DNA of 64,000 nucleotides from Lepidodermella squamata (taxonomy: Eukaryota; Animalia; Gastrotricha), in contig JBLDXI010000024.1 of the NCBI GenBank assembly GCA_047495785.1, forward strand, positions 1 to 64,000. The letters run 5' to 3'. Positions 23,301 to 36,705 of the stretch are shown one piece after another (within the stretch, counting starts at the first letter, position 1; each line of letters opens with the position of its first letter). The position numbers and the translations under genes are program-made. The notes under the pieces are model-generated. The model searched no databases. It was not told where the DNA came from and saw nothing but the letters and a program-made list of their open reading frames with translations.

Positions 23301-26187
23301 ATGTTATTGGAAGACGCCGACGAGGGCGAGTCCTACTTGGACTCGAAGCACGAGAAAACGCCTCGTGCTCGTGACAAGCCGTCTAGTCCGACGAAATATG
23401 GGGGTTCCTATCGGTTTGGACTGGGTAGCAAAAAGGCACCGCCGCCTAAACCGCAACCCGCGCAAAATAAAGGCATGACGAAATTGACAATATCGTCTTC
23501 CACTTCTTCGTCTTCTCTTCATCTACCGCGATTGGTAGCCACTAACAGTACGCCAGCTATTGCTGAAAAACCAGGAAAAATCAAGTTGAGTGATCAGAAG
23601 CTACCCGAAGTTGGTGACTCTGATGATGATTGTGCAGTTTGTCGCAGCCAACGCGAAGCAATAGAAGCAGCAAAACAGCAGCGAGAGCTGGAAAAGACTA
23701 ATAAAGCTAACAAGGCTATCAGCTTCGTGGTTCCGCTCGATGATGACGACAAGAAAAATCTGTCCAACTCTAATTCCACAACAAAATTTGCCCTGCCGCC
23801 AGATGAGGATAGGCCGAAAAAACCTAAGACTCCAGCGCCAACCCGTGTGAAAAGCAGTAAATTCTTAGCTCCATCTTCCTTAGCGCAGCCTGATCCAACG
23901 CCATTGGAAATCCGTGAACCTAAGCGAAAAGAAATGTCTTCGCGATTCGAAATTCGATTCGACGACGACGAGGCTGAAGATTCTGAGCCTAAAAAATCAA
24001 CTCGTGGATCACAACTAGAAGCCACCCCGGTGGCATCCGATCATTTGAAAACCTCAACAAGTCTACCTATAATAAGCAGCAACGTCGTGACTACGCGTTT
24101 GATTGACACGAGCTTCGCGAACCCTGCTAATATGCCTTCGCGAGTGACCGTAATACCGCCATCTTCGACTCCGACGAAGAACATCGGACAAGCGCAACCG
24201 TCTTTCACCGTGCCCCCTCGGCTTCTGACCGGCCTTAGCCCGAAAGTCTCAGCCGCCGCATTGGACTCGGACTTGGCGATCCGCCTTAAAACTCTAGTTT
24301 TCGGGTCGCCCTATCGGAAGGCAACTGATGCCTGGCGCCTGCAATCGCTGTCTTTCGCCGCTGAAAACGGCAGTGCTGCAGCTGCGCCTCGATTCGTCAT
24401 AATTCAACACGCCAACACGGGCTCGGGTACAACCGGCTTGCTCGCTGTTGTCCAGGCTGAGCTTTTGAAGCAAATTCTATACGTTACCGGTGTTAATACG
24501 ATTGATCATAAACAGACTAGCTACGGCAAAGAGTCGGATCCATTCACAACTCTGCGGCTGCTGACGAGGTCGCAGCGTACTGATGCTCTCATTGCAGCTC
24601 TGACGGAAATAATTTGCCGATCAGCGGTTGCCCCGAAGTCACCATTCGTTAAAGGCTACCGAGCAGGTGTTCCTGCCGCGGAGAACGTCGCCCGAGTTGT
24701 CATCCCATGCGGCCGGCGGGTGTTGCCTGTTGATGGGTGCATAGCCGACGACGGCATCACCGAGAAACTGCTCGTCTTCACATTTCCGATGGGCGGCGAA
24801 GCGGCCATTGCGAAAGAACTCCGCGCTTTCTTCCGCCAACACCTGGTGCATTTCGACACGGACGGCTCCGGTGGATGTCTTTGCCTTTTGTACTCTTTGG
24901 TTCTTTCACGCGGCATTGATACGTAAGTCATGCGAGACAAATATTATCGCCTTAATGAATTTCTATCACAGAATCTACGCCGATTTTGATGAAGCTAACT
25001 GCTCTTCATTAATTACACCGGATTCCTACACATCCACGGTATGTGCACCCTATTATTAAATAATATAAAAATGTCGCGTTTATTCCGCACAGGAAGCATT
25101 GAATCTGCTTCTTACCGGTATAGCCTCCTCCTATTTCTTCAACGACGATGTTTATATGACTGTTTCCTCAAACGCCGCCAATTCTCTTTCTTCCTCCTCC
25201 TCGGCGTCTTCAATGTTATCGCCTGTCCCGTCAGGGTCACCTTTACTTGCATCAGACTCAAACAACAGTAACAATAATGGGGCATTATCTGCTGACAGCG
25301 GAACCGGTGAAGAAACAACCGTGCGGCATCTTCGAGGTATCCACCGCCGGTCAGATATTGGGTTGCTTACGCTCAGTGAGTTTTACGCATCGAGTGCGGT
25401 CAGCGAATCTAAGAAGCAAGAGCAGCAACTGGAACAGCTTCAATTTGCCAAGGTAAGCTGAATAATTCAGCTCCGTTTTAGTGATTTCTCGACATGAATA
25501 CCTATAAAGTTGAGACAAAAGGGTCCAGTGAAACCAGGTGCTATGTCGATTTCCCCGGACGAAGAACTGAGGCAATTGAGAGAAAAAGTTCTCAAGGTTT
25601 GATCATCGTTAGCTCGTTGAAGTGAAACTCAATAATCATTGATGTGCCCGGCATTTAACAACTAACTTGTACACATGCCACGCTATATTGTTCAATGTTA
25701 GATTCGATCGACTGGTTTCAGTTTATTTTCATTGTTTTTCCCACATGTGTTTCAGGTTGGGTCCTACTTGAAAACGCCAAGGTACCCGATTTGGGTGGCA
25801 GCTGTGACGCAGAGCAATACGCGATTTTGCGAGATTTACTCGACCAACATCGAATTGATTTCGAACTGGCGAGCCGAGCGGCTTTTCGACCTGTTCTGTC
25901 TTGACGCATGGATCGTGCCGGCTGATAAGAAGAAACTACCGTCGACTATGACGCTGTCCAACTGCCTACAACCGATGCGTTTGCGAATGGACGCTATCGA
26001 TCGGCCTGATTTGGGGACAGCTTCTTTCGAAATAGGCGGCGATTCCGGTCCGGAGAGTGACGGAGACGAGGAGCAAGGCGTGTTCGGGACTGCACCAAAA
26101 CAAAAGTCGCCGCCTCCGATTGAGCTCGTCTTACAGACCAAGTGGCCTGGTGCAGTTATCGATTACCTGACGTTGCCTGGCGCGTAG
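23301..26187 (+). CDS. MINDY4: MINDY4/FAM188B-like deubiquitinase homolog, predicted catalytically dead
   Basis: Long disordered N-terminus, then LKTLVFGS, GLLAVVQA, DGITEKL, LLYSLVLSRGID, NLLLTG, RSDIGLLTL, VGSYLKTPRYPIWV, TKWPGA. GPCG is GTTG and ESHF is NTRF. Confidence 0.82.
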
Positions 26188-27514
26188 CAGTATTATTAGA
26201 CCCGAGAGCTAATCTCCGGCAAGAACTAGCGCATAATTCATACCCTCCTGGTTTTCCTGTGTTATAGCTGTTTTGTCGACTTTGTTTCGATGAATGAGCC
26301 AGCATTTCCTGTGAGCTCAGCAATCATCAATTCAAGAGAATGAACTTGATACAAATAATAATGGCGAAGCCGTTCAAAACAATCACTCATTTTTATATTT
26401 CTGTATTTTTCCAAATGACCTATATATAAAATGAAATCAACTTTTGCCAGTGCGAATCTCTTGATTGCGAAGATCTAGCTAAAAGCATGAGTCCATCTGA
26501 AAATTATCACATTCCGTGATCTCGGCATACAGCCGACTTGAATTAAATGGCTGAAGCTGTATTACCTTGCTTTAAGTGTCAGATTAGTTGATGGCCAATA
26601 AAATCTATTGAATGCACAATTTTGCAGGCTTTTTGTCCGAGTTCTGCAGACCTGATGTTTCCCTATTCAAAAAGGCTGTTACAATATCCCATCTCTCCAC
26701 TGTTTTATATAATAATAATCATCATCGATATTATCAGCGATCAGGTGATATAATTTCAAATTTATTGATGACAATAATGGGCGCTCTTTCGTAATAATAA
26801 CAACCGATTGTAACCGAACAGAGCGGCGAGCAGCGTTCTCTTTGCCATCGATCGATCACACGTCGCATATCTTATTGGTTTTCATCACATAATTGTGCAA
26901 TTAACGAAGAAGAAGATGAAGAACAAAGGCGAGATACAATTTGCATTTAAAGAGCAGCTAAGGAAAGATTCGCTGTAAAATTTGGCCCGGCCTATGGTAC
27001 TACGGAAATCTGAATTCTCACAACGTAACCAGACAAGCTGCTAAATGCATCAAAATGACCATCCGAAGTTCGAGGCCTGGAAGATAATTGAGAGAGAAAA
27101 TCATAATATCACTTGTGCTTGAAACCAGCAGTGATAGAAACTAACTAAAATTTGAATAACAACAATCATGGGGTCTAACTATCGCCAAGTGATAGCGGTG
27201 GCCTCGTGTTGAGCGCATTTATCATAACCTCGGCCACCATGAGTCGTAAATCGTAGGTAAATTTCGTATTTCAATAAGCGAATAACAATTGCCAAACACC
27301 CATTATAACAGAAAAGCTATAGCACTACTCGATATAGGTCGTATTAATGAAAGATGAGTAGCGTAGGTCGCTAGGAACCAGAAAATAACAATTATATCTA
27401 AACCCAAGACGAAGAGAATAAAAATATACGGTAACCTCAATCACCAATCACCAAAAAGAAACTAACACGCATATGGTTTAGAAATAAACAGTCATCAATA
27501 ATTTTGATGTTATG

Positions 27515-27624
27515 TACAGGGTGTTCGTTAAATAATATCTAGCTTTTAGCTCTTAAACGCTGAAACGCGTGCCAAAAGTAGCAAAGCTATTTATAACTAC
27601 CTATTATTTCTTGAACACCCTGTA
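27515..27624. mobile_element. 106-bp non-autonomous Tc1/mariner MITE with TA target duplication
   Basis: TA|CAGGGTGTTCGTTAAATAATA ... TATTATTTCTTGAACACCCTG|TA. 21-bp TIRs match at 18/21, element 27517-27622. Confidence 0.85.
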
Positions 27625-28144
27625 TTATAATCGCTTATCAATTCGCGAATGATTTGCTGGAAGAGCTGCACTGATAGGTAATGTGGCACACTAGTTATTA
27701 CTGTTGTATTTTCCGAGTTTCAGAGTTGAGTTTTAATCGAAATTTTCGCTTATCACTCTATACAAAACTAAAGAATGTTGCATTTTCAATTTTTTTCAAT
27801 TCACCGGCACTCCTTGGAACGAAAAGCATTCAGTAACTAAGGCAGAAGTGGAAGTTCACGCGATTTTTTCCTGAAAACTTGGTTCAAGGCAGACAGGCAA
27901 ATGAGGCAGTAGAGAATAGACAGAAATAAACACATCCATACTGGGGGTTTTTCATATTCAAATTGAGGCCTAAAATAAAATCAATTCCCATCATCATTTA
28001 TAGGCATAAGACACAACTTCTTTTCATGTTGTTGAATTGTTCAATTCCTACTCGAAAGACTAAGCCATTTTGGTCGAGCATCGCTGATAAAACTATTGAA
28101 CAGCCGTCGGCACAACAATAGGGTATGTAAATCCCGCATGGCTT

Positions 28145-31100
28145 CTACCGATCGCTCTCGGCATTTGAGGTTTGCAATGAGCCCGTCGAATGAGCGTGAA
28201 TCGCTGCGAGGGATGAACGATTTGGTGAATTTCCGTTTACCGGCTGCGGGCTCGAGGAGGCTGTCGTTGCCGATGAAGCTTGAGACAGATTTGCACTGTT
28301 CGAACTTGACCGATGCGGTATAGGGGCTAGGGTACCCGGGCCAAGCGCTGGTGGCCGCCAAATGTGGCGCCAATCGCTAGTCGGGTTTTCGAGGTGCAGC
28401 CCTCGCCGGCACAGAGAGTCGAGCAATTCGAGGCCTGTGAAAGAGCATAACGGTTTAATTTGATAACTTATTAAGGTGGCTTTTTTTAATCATTTCCAAG
28501 TTTAAATGTATACGGGTTCCCAGTACTTTTCGATTGATTTGTTCAAATTTTCATGCAAATTACACGAAATTACGCAGGACGAAGAAAACGATATCAATTT
28601 AGCAACTTAACAATACTTTCTTATCGTAGGATTTGTCTTGGGTAATCTAGACCATTCCACAATACCAAATTACGACTCGAAAATTGATTTCAGGCAAGCA
28701 AAATAGTGAGATTAACAGCGTGATCACATGATGAATGACTAAAATTATCGATCCTCTTGATTACTCACCGCAGTTTGAAAACTATTCATAGGTTGTTTTC
28801 AATTTCAAATGTGTTAAGATTTTTTAGAAAACAACAGCTAGCAAATTTTCACACCTTTTTCATGTCGATTGATCGGATGTCCGTCGACGTCAACATCGTC
28901 GCCATAGCAACGCAGCCAAGCTTCGATCAACAGGTTGTAGTAACGCGGTGTATCCATCATTTTCAAGTAAGACCGGCTCTGCGTGGTCGGGAAAAGTGGC
29001 TCAAAGGCACCCATGCGTGACCGCTCGTCCTCGAACTCGAGAAGTATGCGCAAATCATCTGGGGTGATACAGTCCAGCAGCGTTCGCATAACAGCGTCGT
29101 TACGCCAGTGCTGCGTGTAGAACGAGTGCTTGCTGCGTTCATCGACTGAAAGGCCGGAAGCAACGAGGCGCGGGTCGAAATGCAGTGATTTTCGCGACTG
29201 GTTGCCTAATAAGGATGAGCTGATGTTCTCTGTCGGCTGAGGCGCGTCGTTCGACTCGCCAGTTGAGGCGCTCGAGCGCACGACAGCCGGGTCAGGGAGG
29301 CGGTAGCCCGCCAGGTTGAGCAAATCCTTGAGCATCTCGCCTTTGACCTTGCAATCGAGTGGTGAGTCCGAATGCAAGGACGGCGATATGTTGACCTCGA
29401 GCAGCCACGGCCTCAAATCGCGATCGAGCAAAATGTCAAAACCAAACAGCTCATGCACCGCATATCGATTCACGACATTCATTTTCACGGCGGAAACGAC
29501 GTGCTGTTCAGCTGCCAACAGAGTTTTCACCGCGATATCTTTGATTTGCAGCCACAATTGATCGATGTCGGCCGGTTTTCGCGGAATGTTGCCGTTCGCA
29601 GCTGCTTCTTCTTCACTCGGTGGGATCGATAAATGATCCCAGAGAGCATGAAGACTCCATTTATGGCCGACCTGAGCGTCGAGATCGCCATTCGCCTGGT
29701 ATTCGCTGTTGTGTTTGTTGATCGAATAGTTCGTCAGATGCATGAATTTGTTAGGCAGGTCACGAAGCGACGATGAGTATTTCGCCGAGGCGAAACGAGC
29801 CAAACCGTCAGTGAAAATGTAGGCTTTGAGCGGGTCGTAACAAGTCACGTAGATGTAGAGCCGAATGTCAAACTTTGACTCGTTGATGAGGTACGGCTGA
29901 TGAATGTATCTTTGCACAATAACCGGCCGCTTTTTCGGAACTTGTTTGATCGAGCAAACGCAGCCTTAAAATAGTCAAACAATTCTCATCAGTCCAAGCC
30001 CGTAAAAAATGAGGAAAATACTTACGAATTCCGTTTCCACGGGCGCTAGCGGGCGGTTTTAAAATCCATCGAGTCTTCTTCTCAGACTCCTCCATGACGC
30101 GTTTCAGCAGCTTGTAATCGCCGGGAAGGACGTAGGTTTGCGGGAAGAAGCCGAACTCTTTGCGGCCGAATCGCGCCTGCATCGCCGACAAATTGCGCCA
30201 CAGGCGATCTTTCCGCCCGATCTGGAAGGATCCAGGGAAGTGATTGAACTTCTGAAAGTCACGAATGGCCTTGAACATGTCCTGCTTCATGTGCTTCGCC
30301 CAACAGCCGATCCACACCTCGTCTTTGGCTGTAAGTTTAAAATTAGATCGGCCCAAAATCTTTTTGAGGATATTCGGCGTTATCGTTGATGTGCGCCACC
30401 GCAATAAAATGCGCAATTCGCGTGGCAACTGAGCAACAGTGTGATCTTCACCGGCAAAAACCAGCGTTGGGGGCATGTTTGAGAACATCGACGGATGCGT
30501 GGCTTGTAGCACTTTCGTCTCAGGCGTAGTCGCGCCAACCTTATTAGTGGTGCGACGGTGGAAAGGCGCTAGTTCGCCATTCTGAGGTCGGAAGTCGTAG
30601 TTGTTGGCGCTCATTGCGCCGGCTGTAGGAGGTCGAGTGACGCTTCGCTGTTGTTTCGGCAGAGCGGCAAGACGATTGCGAAGCGCTGCGGCTGGAACGC
30701 CCTGAGTAGCAGAGCCATTGAATACGACAGCGTGGCCAGTAACAGGCCGACTCTTGTCAATACCAATGTTATCACGAAGGCGCTTTTGCTGTTCTTGTTG
30801 AGCAATTCGAATCCGCGACAGTGGCGCAGGTGAGAAAGGCTTCCTAGCGGAGGCTAAGACGCCTCCGCCAAGGCTGATAGCTGATGTCTCCCTAGTCAGA
30901 CGATCAGGAGCGGCTGAGGCTAGTCGTTTTTCACTAGTTATGCGAGTCCGATCCGGCCGATTAACACCGCTGCCAACTGCAAAGAGAAAATACAATTTAA
31001 AAATTAATCTCAACCACAGAAGTGCTAACGTTTCGAATTGTAGACACCCACTTTGCAGGGTTATATAAATAAAAATTGGGCAAATTTTTTCAATAAAAAG

Positions 31101-33076
31101 GGGAAAGCGTAACAAGAGCAGTAAGTATCGTATCAGGGGTACAAAATGGGCCTTGACGAGGCACATAATGCCATTGTTTGCTCTCATTGTTTGACTAAGT
31201 CAGTATATCCCAGGTATGCGTGCATGGTAGGTCCCAATGGCGAAAAAACCTTGGGCAAACGAAATCATACTAATTACCGCTCTACAACAAAAACTTGATA
31301 AACCAAAAGCGGTTCAAGGGGTATAAATGCGGCTGGTAAACAAACTCTGCCGACTCAAGGCGTATGAAAGGTGAGCTCGGAGCACGGCTATAGGAAGCTG
31401 GTTCAACGCCTCGCCGCGAGACATCAAGTAAATTGACAGTTTATGGGGCGTAGCATTAATGTATGGCAGTGGAGTGTAACAACGGGCAGAAGACCGTGTG
31501 TCTTCATAATTACTACCTGACGAATCTGCAGTCATTTCAGCTATAGCCTCGTAGCACATGAACATCCATAAAAATTTAAACTCAAAGTTTTACCCACCTT
31601 GGGAATCATCTTCGTCGTCATCTTCCAGTAGATCACCATCTTCATCATCGACATTAGTCATGTCATCGTCTTCATCGCCAACAACATCATCGTCTTCATC
31701 CCAAGCTTGACTATCACCGTCACGCACGCTTTCCCCATCATCAGGAGTCGCAGCTCTGCGAACGTAACCAAGTATTGATTAGCAGGACTTCGTAAGATTT
31801 CAACTCACCGAGAAGCAAAATCCTCACTGTCCTCATCGAGCAACGTTGATGTGCCCCGATGAGCCATATTGTTCTTTGGTACATTTTTATTCTCACTCAT
31901 CTCATCGATTTTTCCCGATGATAAGCTCTTTTTCACTCTAGAAGAGTTCCGATCAGCCTGAAATTTTAAGGAGTGAATTTCTGTTACATTTTCTGATGAC
32001 TTTCTTCAACTCACAGCAGTATCATTAATGCGGAGACGAGATTCGACATCGCCAGCGACGCCATTAGTCGAATCGACGTGAACAATGCGATTTCCAGCAA
32101 CCAAAGAAAACTGCCGATCAGATCGAGATTGTTCTTTGTAGGTAACAGATATGCACTTTTCTCGCTGGAGAGTTTGAAATTTATTCGAACCGCTAGCGAT
32201 GAGTAAGGTAGAAATACATGACAAAAATCGTTTACGAACTCACTTTCTGAGGTAATCGTAATGTCCTGATTCAATAATTTCGTTGACTACATTGTTAGCA
32301 CTAGCTTGAGTAGCCATTAGTATTGTCTGGGAATAGTTTTGCTGCAGTCGTAGTCCTTCGGAAATGTTTCCCACAGATCCACCGTGTTTCGAAGATGAAA
32401 GCCCGCTCGGTTGGGAATTACGCTGTCCACATGTTGCCTTCATGTTGTAGAAATTCGGCATCAGTAATTTTCCAGCAACTGTATAAAAGAATCATCATGA
32501 TTAGTTAAAAGGCGCCATTTTGTAGATTTTCTAAATTCATCACGAAATGTTAGTTACTGCGCACACGCTCAAACAGTGCTATATCAAAAAGTGAAACTCT
32601 CCGCAAGGGTGTCTTTAGTATTCGCTGGGAACGCATATCTTTTCAATACCTTGAGTATCAGGTATCATGACTGGTGACCAATACAGCGAGTTAAAGTTTC
32701 CCTCCGAAACAAGACCATTTCCCAAGTCAGTCAGATTGTCCGCCCTACAAGGGGCCTTGAGAGCTTTATTTATCTTCAATGTGTGATCAGACGGCCTAAG
32801 TTTGCCCGCACCACCTCGAAATAATTTCGACTGCTCCTCGTCTGCAAAGGTTAACGCGGGGCTATTTACAGATTTACTAAGTGGGTGCTTCACGCTGAAT
32901 TGCAGGGGAACTTTTTGCTGAGGCACAATGAAAATATTGTCTTTTGTTCCAGTTGCAGCTAATGAGAAACGCTCATTTCCAAAGCGTGATGAGTATCCAG
33001 GAACAAAAGTTTTAAAAACTTGACTGCTGACGAGGAGGGATGATAAAGGAGTGGACAAATCACGTTCCATCATCAT
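28145..33076 (-). CDS. TTLL4: Tubulin glutamylase TTLL4
   Basis: NHFPGSFQIGRKDRLWRNL, WILKPPASARGNGI, KFDIRLY, HLTNYSINK, HELFGFD, LLEVNISPSLHS. Last exon G|LELLDSLCRRGLH...* (28434-28145). Phase-consistent low-complexity 5' exons traced to the ATG at 33076; the start is less certain. Confidence 0.9.
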
Positions 33077-34358
33077 CTGTAGTGTTCCCACCAAGAAAAA
33101 CGCTAAAAACCCACCGAATTCATCTGCGCGGAATAACGTCAACGATCTGTCAGTCTTGGACAGGTAAATAGAAACCCTAAAAAAACATCAACATAATTGT
33201 GCTATCGGATCTAATGTCCTCAGAACAACTGAAGTATTAACAGAAGATAGAGCAGAGTAAATGAAACTATGGTTCTCTAAAGTAAGTATACAGATTCCAT
33301 GAAAAAAATAAAACAGCAGTAGAAGACGAGTAAAGAATATTTTTAACAACATCTAAACCTAGAGACAACAAGCAACAAGCTCATCTATGATGCGACGTGG
33401 CTAGTAATGCTAAAATACAAGGTCACGGGTCGTACCTGCTGAGCAGCGGGCTTGAGGTAAAGAGCTGCTAGATCTCCGCAACTCTTCGTTGAAATGCAAT
33501 ACAAACATTTGAAGTTCTAACAAGAAGGCAGTCCTAGTTAAAAACTAAGTTCGGACTACAGATGACAATGACACCACATGGCACATGGCCTAGTTCTTCT
33601 GTCCCAGCAGCGCAGAGATGAAGCCCACCGGAAAAGGAGAAACAGGCCGGAAAAGCGGGCCTTGGTTACGGTCACAAATTATTTATTTTACAAAACATTT
33701 TATTTAATCTTAGTTATTCAGGAATGAATTATAACAAACGTCACATAATTTTTTCTATAAATTTCTTTGCTCTCGTTTTTTCGGTTTATTCCAAGTTGTG
33801 GTTTTTGCCGTTTCGTTGTCTGCGTCGAACGAGTCTTGTATGACTTCGTTGGTGTATGATTTTCTGCTCCAAAATAAATAAAATAGCTTTATTCTGTCCT
33901 CGCCTTTCAGAACCATTACACTGAAAACACATCATAGGCAGAGGGGCTTGATGCGGAAGAAATTCACCACCCACTAATCGAATGTTTTAGGAAAAAATAA
34001 CGCCCCTTGGTTGAGACCTTACTTATCTTACCAATCTGTTATCGCTGATCGCTGTCTTATCCGAATTGGTGGTCATATTTGTGGAGTTCAAGACTTCTAT
34101 CAAGCTGCATATTTCAAATAATTGAAATAATTGAGGGATATTACTTCTTCCTTGTATTTAGCGGCGATGTTTCAGTAACTCGACTAACCGTGATCGGAAA
34201 ATGAGACGAGGTTACTTATACTTCAGTTATTGTATCTCTATTTGATTGTTGTCACTTATTGTTGTTGCGACTCTAACATCTTGCTTCATTAATCATTAAT
34301 GTTACAAACTGTTGTAGGTTGTTAACTGACTGATCACCTTTGCTGTTTGCTGTACGCA

Positions 34359-35661
34359 ATGCCGAAGAGCAGCAGCAGCAAAAAGAAGAAAGTAGAGGGG
34401 TTTGGTGGCCTGTCCACCACTAAAATAATGGCGATATTTGCCATTATCGTTGCATGTTTTGCGACGTTATACCCCAGGTTTTTCCATCCTCTGCTGTTCG
34501 GCAGTGGCGAAACGAAGCCAAAACAGAGCAATTATGACCCTTATGATGATTTACCACCATCCGCTCGGGCTCGTATGGGTGGAATGGATCGCGAACGTGG
34601 TGGTGGTGGTGGTGGTGGTAGCCCTCGTGGTCCACATCCCGGCATGCGTTATTCAGGTGGTGAGAGCTCTAAACGAGAAAGCGGTGGCGGCGGCGGAGGT
34701 CGTGGCGGTATGGTTAGCACCATTCTACCTGTATACGCCGTTGGAATTGTTTGCTACCTGGTATACACGTTGTTCAAGGTGAATCATTGATTGTCATGTA
34801 AGATGAACAAATTTTTATGTTTTATTGATTTTCAGGTATTCGGCTCCAGGAAAAAGGACAAGAATCGTCGTCGACTTGGTAGACGCGCTGGGGATTCAGA
34901 GGTGTCCGAAGACGACCAAGCTAGTCATATTTCCGAGGAAAAAACTGAGGACGAACAGGATAAGTCCGAGGACGAGAAGGAAAAGAGCGGCAGCGAAGAT
35001 GAAAAATCTGAGAAATCCGACAAATCAGAAAAATCTGCCAGCGAGAGTGAATCTGAGGACGAGAAGGCTAAACGGAGGAAGAAACTGCTGCGTGAAAAGG
35101 AAAAGGCAAAAGCCAAGTCCAAGAAAACGTAATTTAACTGAATCCCTCACTGTGACTAGCAATGTAATTTTCCTCATCTCATCACAGATCAAATGAACTT
35201 GAAGAGCTATTGCTCCGCGCAGACGAAGGTGACATGTCTGTTGAGGAGCTACACGCTCTGCAGAAACGTTTGGCTGATACTGAAAATCAGCTTAGCCGCA
35301 TCTTGAAGGTTAGCATATTTATTATACAGTCTGTTCAATTTATTCTCTGTTTATATTTTAGACGATGCGCACACTGGATGCCAAACAACCTGCATCAGGT
35401 AAAAAGCAGACCAAGAAAGATGCTGCTCCATCTGATGAAGAGGATGACGAGAAAGAACAAAAAGACACTGCTGATGCTCAGGTTCCGGCCGAAGCTGCCG
35501 TGGCTGCTGAAGAGAAGTCCAATGACAGCGAAGATGAGGAAACCAAAAAGGCCGAAAAAGTAAGGCGTCGGAAAGGTGGGAAACATGGAAAGTCGGCCAA
35601 GGCCGATCAAACTGTTCCATCGAAAAAGGCTGTTGCTGCTGGTGGACCGAAAGATGAATAA
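34359..35661 (+). CDS. RIC3: RIC-3, ER chaperone of nAChR/5-HT3 Cys-loop receptors
   Basis: Hydrophobic segment IIVACFATLYPRFFHP, Pro/Gly-rich linker (RGPHPGM), TM GMVSTILPVYAVGIVCYLVYTLFK, then coiled coil ELHALQKRLADTENQLSRIL and an acidic tail. About four exons. Confidence 0.85.
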
Positions 35662-36674
35662 ATTATTGATCATTTACTGCTTTCTTGAGCTTTGTAGATG
35701 GCTTTATTCGCTTTAAAAATGAATACTATAGCAAACTTATTGTTGAAGCCGAAGATTTCTAAAAAAGAGCACTTGCTAAAATTTTCTTATTCCGTATACA
35801 TTCTTTGAACAAAATATTGTTGACGATAATCAACTCGCCTTAGAAATGGTTTTGTGGAAATATGCAATTCTAGTCTGAACAATTGGTTCCAATCTGTGGT
35901 GGATGTGTTTGTCTTCGATGCCAGAAAACACCATGCCGTTAATGAATTTTGTGTAGTCGTTGTGAAATAACCTGAAATACACATACTCCAAACACTACTG
36001 CACTCAGCATAATTGTTAAATAATAATATAATTATTGTCTCAATTATTCATCTCGTGAATTAATCATTGCGACATACATGAGAAGTTGACGCTGTTCTGT
36101 TTCACGTTAGTTCTTGCGCTCTTTTTCTTTCTCAATGGGCGAGTGATAACTACTGGAAATCTTATGTATAGGTAATTATCCTTCTCAGATTGTTGTATTA
36201 GGAAAAAATGGTCTTGTACCTACAGTTTTACCTCGCATGTTGTATCGACTCCAACTGAGCCGTCGTAAATTATAATATTTATAAATTATTTGTGCCGCCA
36301 AAGTTGAAGTTTTAATTTTTCAAACTGCGATGTCTACAGATCCATGACGAAATGCGAAAATTTACTGAAAAACATTATAAACATGTTTCATTTTATACGA
36401 TATTGGGAATCTCTGCCCGTTTCCGAGTCAATCTGAAGCTATTTACTTGTTTCTTATTTCCTGTTACCGTATTGTTCCTTGAATTATCCGCGAAATAAAC
36501 TGATCTGTGTTGTGCACGCATTGTTTTGTTTTGTTTACTACACCGAGTAGTTGCCGGTCGTGATTGACCTTGAAGTCGACGAACGCGATCTAGTGAAACA
36601 CCCACGTCAGGCGTGATGCAGGTGCCTAACGCGTGCCGAGCAGGCGTCTTGTTCATATCAGTGGCGGGTGACAC

Positions 36675-36705
36675 ATATACACGTGTATATATACTCGAGT
36701 ATATA
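36675..36705. repeat. Two overlapping perfect palindromes (16 bp and 18 bp)
   Basis: ATATACACGTGTATAT (36675-36690) and TATATACTCGAGTATATA (36688-36705). Confidence 0.8.

Noticed and set aside
28041-28373. ORF as the last exon of TTLL4
   Set aside because: Splice phase and similarity (GLELLDSLCRRGLH) select the frame ending at 28145.
32615-32650. GC-AG intron in TTLL4 exon 1
   Set aside because: A canonical phase-1 donor CAAG|GTATTG just upstream explains the junction.
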